Positions 56,517 through 64,000 of a stretch of 64,000 nt of DNA are shown here, piece after piece. The notes below the pieces were generated by a model that saw only the letters and a list, made by a program, of their open reading frames with translations, made no database searches and had not been told where the DNA came from. Numbering within the stretch: the first letter of the stretch is position 1; each line of letters opens with the position of its first letter. The DNA comes from Camelus ferus (lineage: Eukaryota). A program made the translations under genes and the position numbers. The stretch spans positions 70,742,001 to 70,806,000 of the forward strand of contig NC_045705.1 of NCBI RefSeq assembly GCF_009834535.1, written 5' to 3'.

Positions 56517-59294
56517 ATGCTCTGGGGTAGGAAGTGGTCCAGCAAGGTTTCGGACAGCCAGGTCAGGAGGAGAGTGACGAGGAGATTTGCAGAATTACAG
56601 TTAGAATTGGGAGCCCAAATTGACGCCAATTGATCTATTTCCCCCCTTTAATTGGCTTCTCCTGGGGAATTTTTTCCTTTTTTTTTTTTTTCCCTCCTTC
56701 GCTTTTTACGCGCTCATACAGCAAATTAAACTTACACCCCATCCCGTGTAACAGGGGGGCAGTGACCAAAGGACGAACGCACAAAGCCAACCACCCGTCA
56801 CCGCGGGGCCGCCCGCACGTCCTGCCCTCCGCCATTTATTGCCCTTGATTTGATTTTTGTTTTTGTCTGTCCCTGTCGCTTGGGTTGAGTGGGGAGTGGA
56901 GCCTCTGGGGGGTGCCGGCCACTGCGCCCCCCAGAGAAGTCAGGGGAATGGAGAGGGCTGCTGCCCGGCCTGGCTCTCGGGGACAGTGGCTGGTCCCCGA
57001 GGGTCTTGAGGGGCGGAGGAGGGGGCAGGGAGGTGTCTCCTCGGGTGTCAGGAAGGTGCTCGGAGGCCACCAAGGTGGGGCCCCCGGCTGGCCCAGCCGG
57101 CCGGGGGGGAAGGGGCTGCAGAGGTGTGAGTGAAGGTCTCCATCCGGCGGGAGCAGGTGGCCGCCTTCCGCGCACTCGGGGAACCCTCCCTCCACCCCTC
57201 GGTGACACCTTGCCCGCCTCCTCAGCACCCCGTCTTGCCCCCAGGAAGCTTGGAGCTCCGCGGGGCTTCCTGGGGTCCAGGCGGGGTGAGGCCGGGGAGT
57301 AGGAGCGGTCAGGAGAGCGGGAACCCCGCAGAGCAGGGGAGCTGCGAAGTCGCCGACAGCTGGGGTCGCTTGGGCCCCGAGGCCCTCGGGTCTGGCGGTA
57401 CCGACCCAGCCACCATCTCGGCGCCAAGGGCTGCGGCAGGGACCCGGGCGGCTGGGAGGCTTACCTCACCCCCACTTCTGCCCCCAGTGCGGCCCCCCTG
57501 CACAGCAGCCTGACTAGCAGTCTAGAGGCCCGAAGCTTCTGGGCCCCAGCGACAGGGCTGGCACGACCCTGGGGGCGGTCCGCGCCAGCCCGCCCACGGC
57601 ACAGAGGGCCCTTCGGCCAGCGCCCGGGCAGTGGGCCATTCGGACCATTGGATGCAAGCTCAAACAGCCAAATTGTCCCAATTGGAGAATCCAGACAGAT
57701 TGGCCTGTGATCCAAAGTGTCTTCCTTCGAGGCACCCCAAATTACCTGCCCACTCAGCCGGACACCCACCCACCAGTGTTACCTCAGCCTCGCTCAGCGT
57801 GGGTGTTCCGGGGGCGGCGGCCGAGGCTCCTCTGTGTCCCCCAGCCAGCAGCTCTCCGTGGGTCGTCACCAGCTGGACCCGGGCCCCCTCCGACCTCCAT
57901 GCCCGGTTGTGGCCTCCCATCTTGTTTCTTCCCCGAGTCCCCCCAGCTGTCTTCAGCGGGACCCCCTCTTGGGTCCCTGTACCATCACCCGAGGACCCCC
58001 ACGTGCTGAACACCGAGTGTCACCTTGCGGGCCGTCCAGTCCATCTCACGGCCGTGTTCGCCTCCACTCGCCCCTAACATGCTGATTTCCGGCAGAACCC
58101 ACAGCTTGGGTTCTGTCTTTAACTGTTAACGCTCGCAATCCCAATAAAGCATTCAAATTTATTTTGTTCGGAGTCCTCTGATCTTTCACTTGGGTACCGG
58201 GTCAAGGGAGGGAGGGAGGGAGGGTGGGAAGGTCTGGATCCTGGGGAGGGGGCAAGACGGGAAGAGGTAGGCGGTGTGGACCCCTCCTCTGGGCCACTGC
58301 AGCAATGGGATGCAGGGAGAAGGGCCTCGGCGGTGGTGGTGGCCACTGTGGTGGAGTGGGGGCTCTGGGACCATCTCAAGCGCCAAGTCCTCAAAGACAG
58401 GGAGCCATGGGACAGGAAGGGCCCTAGAGGGTCTTTTCCAGGAGCCCACCGATGGGGAGTGAAGTGACTTGGCTGTCAACCCTAAGGAACTCTCCCAGCA
58501 CAGGAGGCTGGGGCCTGGCCAGGTTCTGAAAGCTTCTGGAAACTGTAGCTGTGGCTGGAGATGACTCAGAGCTACTCACACCTGGGGACTCATGTCACCT
58601 GTGTGCCCACCTGTACAACAGACACACTCCCTCTTCCCCCAGGGTTGTCCTCAGGTCTGGAGTGGTGTCCACATGGGCGGCCACACTGCCCATGCTCACT
58701 AGAACTAAGCAGGGTGGTGGGATGTCTGGAGGAGGTGGAAGCAGTCTACAAGAATGAGGAGGGCTGGGAGGATGGGAAGGAGCAAGCTGGTTGGGGGTCA
58801 CCGTGCCCCTCTTAGGGCAACCGGGGGCCTGCCAGGTGGGGCAGATGGCTCAGGCCCCAGCAGTACTGGCCCACCCCACAAAGAGGCACTGAGACACTTT
58901 CAGGGGTTGGGGTGTGGACCCAGCTTGAGATCCTCTGAGAAGCCCTGCCTGGTGCCCCCTCCCAGGGCCCTTGGGATGCTGGCCTCAGGGTCTCCCTCCC
59001 TCCCTGCTCTGGGCAGCCCAGCCGCCTCGCCCTCACTGCATCCTGTTCACCCACACCTCTGCCTGCAGCCTGCTTTCCCGAGGACCCCCACGACCTCCGC
59101 TGACCATGGGGCAGCCCAGGGCACAGCCAGCCATCCCCCAGCTCTCCTGAGTTAGACCCCACCCTTCCCCTGACTGCCGTGGCCGCCCCCACCCCACTCT
59201 GCTTGGCCAGCCAAGTCCCGGGTGCCCTGGGTCTGCCCATCTCTCCTTACCCTCTCCCCCTGCTCTGCAAACTCCCAGCTCACCCTGGGGCTCC

Positions 59295-59640
59295 CTTCAT
59301 TCATTCATCTAGTCACTCATTGTTCATTCGCACATGCGTGGGAGGATGGTCTCCCAGGTGCAGGTGTCTTGGAGGGTCATGTGCCTTGGAGGGACATGTT
59401 GGGGTGCTTTGTCAAGTGGATGGACTCACAGGGACAGTGACTCAGGAGTGCAGGCCTGAAGGAGGCGACGGCAGGCGTGGGGTCTCCCAGGAGGAGGGGT
59501 GAAGCAGGACTTGGGGAGTCGGGCGTTCAGGTGGGGCTGCCGCAGGGGGAGGGGGCCAGGGTAGGACACGAGGTCAGAGCTGTGACGGGGGCTCTGTGGG
59601 CCATTGTCATTCATTCAGCAAATAATTACAGACTCCCACT
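59295..59640 (-). mobile_element. L2 tail fragments
   Basis: ttcattcattcatctagtcactcattgttcattc (about 59298) and cattcattcagcaaataattacagactcccact (about 59608). Confidence 0.5.
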
Positions 59641-60092
59641 GTGGTGGGCTGAGCGGTGTTCTCCCCAAAAGACATGTCCACGCTCTAACCCCGGAATCCC
59701 TGAATGTGCCCTGATTTGGAAAAAGGGTCTTTGCCCATGTGATTAAGTGAAGGATCTCGAGGAGAGAGCACCCTGAATTTAGGGCCCAGATCCCATGACA
59801 GGTGTCCCTGTCAGAGAAGAGAGTTCACCGAGGAGGGGGCCGTGTGAAGACGGAGCAGAGACGGGGGTGACGTGGCCACAGCCCTGGAGCTCCCGCCTGG
59901 AGCCCCCAGAGGCTGGACGAGGCAGGAAGGACCCCTCCCCACCCGGAGCCTCTGGAAGGAACCTGGCCCTGTGACATTTTGCTTTCAGTCCAGTGACACT
60001 GATTTCAGACCTCTGGTCTCCAGGGCTGGAAGAGAATGAATTTCTATAGTTTGAAGCCACCCAGTTCGTGGTCATTTCGGAAACTCATTACA
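59640..60092 (+). mobile_element. MaLR solo LTR (MLT1B/C/D-like)
   Basis: TG...CA ends; tgtggtgggctgagcggtgttctccccaaaagacatgtccacgctctaacccc ... aagccacccagttcgtggtcattt...ttaca is the MLT1 signature. Confidence 0.88.
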
Positions 60093-60859
60093 CGAGGAAG
60101 GAAACACCTCCTCTGCCCAGTCCCCGCTTCAGGGACTAAGGGCACCGAGAGAGCTGGGCAGGCGGCCACGCCCGCACCTGCATCAGGACGGTCATTGTGT
60201 CTGCGCTCCTGACCTCCACGCACAGCCCAGGTCTTTTGAAACCTCAGACCAGGTCCCAGCTCAGCTCTCGGCTTTCCCGGAGAGGAGCAGAGTCCTCATG
60301 ACCCGTGAGGCCGCTCTGGCCCGTCCAACCCCGGCCTAAGGGCCTTTGCATGGCTGCCCTGCCTGGGCCACTCCCCTGCAGACGTCTGCCTGGGTCCTGC
60401 CCGCCTCACTTGTTGCTGACTCGCACCCTCCTCGGGGGAGCCTGCCCTGAGCACCCTCTCATGAGCAACTCCTGTGCTCCTGTCCCTCAGCCACTTGCTG
60501 AGTGAAGAGGACAGTCGGGGGGGGGGGGGGCAGGAGGTGACACTGAGGACCGACCGGGAGCCACGGGAGGAGAGGGCTGTTTGCTAAGCCAGGGACTGAC
60601 TCTCCAGCTGGTGACCCCACCTGGGTCTCCACCTGCTGTTTTCACCTGGGCTGCACAACGGCGCCTGCTGTGGCGCGTTCAGCTGCCTGGATGTGCTGCA
60701 GACCCCTGACCCTGCGCGTTCACAGCCAGCATCCCCACACCTGCTCCAGGGGCCTCTGCCCCCAACTCCCACGGCTCCACAAGTCGTGGAGCGCTGTGCT
60801 GCGCGGCCTCCAGTCTCCGTTCCAGCCACTCTCCATAGGTGGCCAGGCGAGCTTGCAAT

Positions 60860-61330
60860 GCCAGCCTTTAGCCTGCCACTCTCCCTTTAAGACCCTCTGT
60901 GGCTCCCGTGGGCCACTGGGAGTGCAAGCCCCAGATAAAGTGCAAGCCCCAGGCCAGGCTTTCCTGGGGTCTTAAACCTCTGACACCCTCCAGTTTCTCA
61001 GGGGTCCTAGCTCAGTCCCTCCACTCCCAGGAGCCCTTGGCTCCGCCTCTCCCCACGCCCCCACACTCCCTCACCTCCTCCCACCCCCGGCTTCACACAG
61101 GCGGGTGGCTCCCTCTCCTCGGCTCTACACTGGTAACCCCTGCACCCTCTCCATCACTCTGTGCTGTGCTGGACACCTTTCCCCCACTCCTGAGTGTCTG
61201 GCCTCAGGAGCTGCCCCTCCCATGTGGTCAGCGGTCTGGCACTCAGCCCTGCCTCTGCCCCCGACAGGCTGTAACCACAGGTGCAGCGTCCCGCCCGCCG
61301 CCTGGTCGTCCCAGGCTCTCTCATGCTCTC
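60860..61330 (+). mobile_element. degenerate L2 fragment
   Basis: ccactctccctttaagaccctctgtggctcccgtgggcc...agataaagtgcaagcccc resembles the L2 3' region (cactcctctgcttaaaaccctccagtggcttccc...ggataaagtccaaactcc). Confidence 0.5.
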
Positions 61331-63446
61331 TGTGCAGCCCCCCAGCACAGCGCTGGCCAGGGAGAAGGTCCTGGGTGGTGTTGGGAGGGACCCCATCATA
61401 CCAGCCCCTAGAGACCCCTTGCCGCTCCTTGAGGGGAGAGCCCTGCCTACCTAGATGCAGGCTGCCTCTCCTTGGCATGCTCGCCTGGCCCTGGTCCCCA
61501 GGCCTCATCCCCAAATGACCTGTGTCCACCTGCCAGGCTGGTCCTGGCTCCTGGGGTCTCCATTCCTCCTAGGTGCCCGGGCCTGGCGCCCAGCTGGCAC
61601 TTCTGCACAGGTGTGGCCAGGCCGGGGGGCCACAGGCCAATAGGCCACCCCCCGAGGCCCGACCCCTACCTGCCCAGCCCCCTCTGGCCTCATTAGCGGA
61701 GCCTCCAGCCTCTCCCCCTCCCAGCCCAGCCAGTCCAGGCCTCAGCGGCCAGAAACCACAGAGAAAATGCCTGTTTGTGCCAGTTATGCCGAAAGCAAAA
61801 CAGTTTGTGGTTTGTGACCCAAATTTTTTGCCTTTTTTTTTTTCCAGAACATAACAAAGCCCAAGACGACTCCCCCCGCCCCCACCCCCCAGGCAGACAG
61901 AAACGATCTGTTGACACTGGCCCTCGCCCCAGGCCGAGCCCTCCGCACTGGGCAGCCTCACAGAAGGGGTGCCGGCCTGGCGGGGGGGGGGGGGGCAAGA
62001 GGCTGGCATGAGGGGTGCTGCGTCCTCTGGGGTGTTGATGACGGGGCTGGGGTGCCTCTCCATCTAGTGGGAGTGGGGATTCCACACAACCCTTGACAGG
62101 AGAGGAGGTGGGGAGATGTCGCCCCCAGCTGCTCCCCTCCAAGGAAGCCTCTCCCCAAGTCCGCCGTCAGCCTCCAGCTCCCCCGTCACAGAGACCCACG
62201 AGGCGACAGACTCGGGTCCATCACCCACCGACCCGCCTTTGTCCCCTGCCCGGCATCCCCTGCTCCCCACTCCTCCCTGGCCCAACACCCAGGGCCTGAG
62301 GCCCCTCACTCAGCTCAACAGTGGGGCCTACAGAGGGGGCACGTTCTCTGCCCTGGGGGCTAAGCCCTAGGGTAGCCAGTGTCCGTGGAGTGGCAGGTGT
62401 GGAGCTCACTGGCCCCAGCCCAGATGGGGAGGGGGCCAGAAACACACTGGAGTCCAGTGGCGGGGGACAGGCAGGTCACAAGTTGTCCTGGCCAGGAGCG
62501 GGGACCAGGCGCCTTTCCCATTCCGGCTGTCCTGTCCCAGACCTTGGCCCACACTCTTGTGTGCAGCTCCCCACGTGGCCCTAAGGGGACCCCTCCTCTC
62601 CCCACAGCCTCCCCCTTCACCCCTTCCTCTATCTCGGCCTCGGCCCTCCTCCTCCGCCCCCTCCACCCCCTCCCTGCATGGCCTCGTCCATCCTTCCCTT
62701 ATCAGCTCCCTCATGCCCTGCACTGGGTGCCGGGCAGCCAGCGCCTAAGAAGGAGTTTCTGGGCCAAGGGCTCTAAGTGTCATGGGGGCTGGTTCACAGA
62801 CTCACTAGCGAGGGGGAGGCAAAGGCGCCTGGAAACCCTGGTACCCAAGGAGGACCACCCAGATGGGGAGACTCAGCGGAGGAGCTGGCAGGACACTGAA
62901 AGGGCATTTTAGGCAGAGGGAACAGCGCGAGCGGCTTTGGAACGACCTGCCATCTCACGAGCAAACACGCTCAGGTGCAGTTCTAGAGACGGTCCAGCAG
63001 CGGACCAGCCGGGGCCTGAGGGCTGGGGTGGATATTAGTGGATGGAGGAGGCAGAGCCCAGCCGGGAGGCATGCCCACTGGGAGGAGCTCAGCGTGGCCG
63101 TGCGCCCCCATGCCAGTGCCCCGGGTGGTGCTCCCAGCCCTCTCCACACCCCGGGGGCAGGTCCCAGCTCCCTACTTTTGGGAGGTGGCAGAGGCAGTGG
63201 GCTGGTCTTGCCTCAGGCCCTGGAGACAATCGGGTCCTGCTTCTGCCAGGCTGGGAGCCCATACCCCCTCTCCTGGCCGGAGCATCGTTTTGGAAAGGTC
63301 TGGCCTTGGACCTCTGCTTCCCCCTCCCCTCTTGTCATCCCTGGCCTCCCCTCGATCAGGAACAGATGTGCCTCTGAGCAGGAATTCTAGCTATTTGGTT
63401 AACCAGTCACTCGAGGGAGTTTCTGATAAGGCGATTTGGTTCTCAG

Positions 63447-63472
63447 CAGAGCCGGAGCCGGAGCCGGAGCCG
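63447..63472. repeat. (GAGCCG)4 hexamer repeat
   Basis: gcagagccggagccggagccggagccggtg. Confidence 0.85.
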
Positions 63473-64000
63473 GTGAGGGGAGGAGTGAGAACAAGAGACC
63501 CCACCCCCAGCTTCCTTGTGCCCAGGGGCCTGGATGCTCCCAGCTAGGGTCTCACCCTAGCTGGGCAGCTCTGGGGAAGAAAGACTTTCCACGCCTCTTG
63601 TGGTGCTGGGACGTTCCGGCAGGTGGGGGCTGAGGCATTCACACACCACCCACCCCTGCCTGGGACCTGGGCACAGAGCGTCAGTGGGAGGGAATAAACC
63701 CAGCCCTCTGCTGAGGCAGTGCCCTCCCACAGTCTCTCCAACATCCGAGTGAGCGCTCACTGCCTCCAGCCGTTGGTCCTCCCTTCCCTCATCTTTGGTC
63801 CAGTAAATATTCGTGCCATGGGAGCCACGGAGATGAATAAGGTTCCAGTCCTGCCGTCAAGACAGTTACAGGGAAGGAGGAGGCTGGTGCACCACCTCAA
63901 GGTGGACAGGGATAGTGGGACTGAGGGAGTTCCCCCCTGGGGGCTTCTCGCCTGGGGCGAGGGCCTGGACCCCTTCTTCTCCAGGCTGCCCTCCCCCAAG

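Larger units (their letters stand above)
55050..58165 (+). other. IGF2: IGF2 3' UTR with proximal (AATAAA 55511-55516) and distal (AATAAA 58143-58148) poly(A) signals
   Basis: Follows the TGA at 55047-55049; two hexamers, consistent with the known short and long IGF2 3' ends; end approximate. Confidence 0.8.

Noticed and set aside
58200-64000. H19, the H19 ICR or ASCL2
   Set aside because: No matching sequence; these lie tens of kb outside the window.

Overview
A GC-rich mammalian window holding the imprinted TH-INS-IGF2 cluster, all on the + strand. It is almost certainly camelid: the insulin B chain starts FANQHL and a vic-1-type tRNA-derived SINE is present. Positions 1-19.6 kb are intergenic DNA upstream of TH with old L1/MIR/L2 fragments and simple repeats. 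Then come tyrosine hydroxylase (13 exons, 494 aa), preproinsulin (110 aa) and IGF2. IGF2 shows leader exons 2, 3, 4, the coding exon 4b, P3 and P4 leaders, three coding exons, intronic MIR483, the ZBED6 site and a structured 3' UTR; a 132-N gap removes the start of its last coding exon. The window ends in about 6 kb of IGF2-H19 intergenic DNA. The locus is well studied, so I cannot claim a wholly new system. The best leads are: (1) an open frame through IGF2 'non-coding' exons 2-3 with its own ATG in the P0 extension, and a premature TGA in the INS-IGF2 frame; (2) a relocated IGF2 start codon whose Kozak context depends on the leader used; (3) a roughly 2.8 kb degenerate 30-nt array upstream of P2; (4) a miR-483-5p seed change; (5) a remodelled insulin promoter. 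Comparisons with human, pig or cattle come from memory and need checking by alignment.
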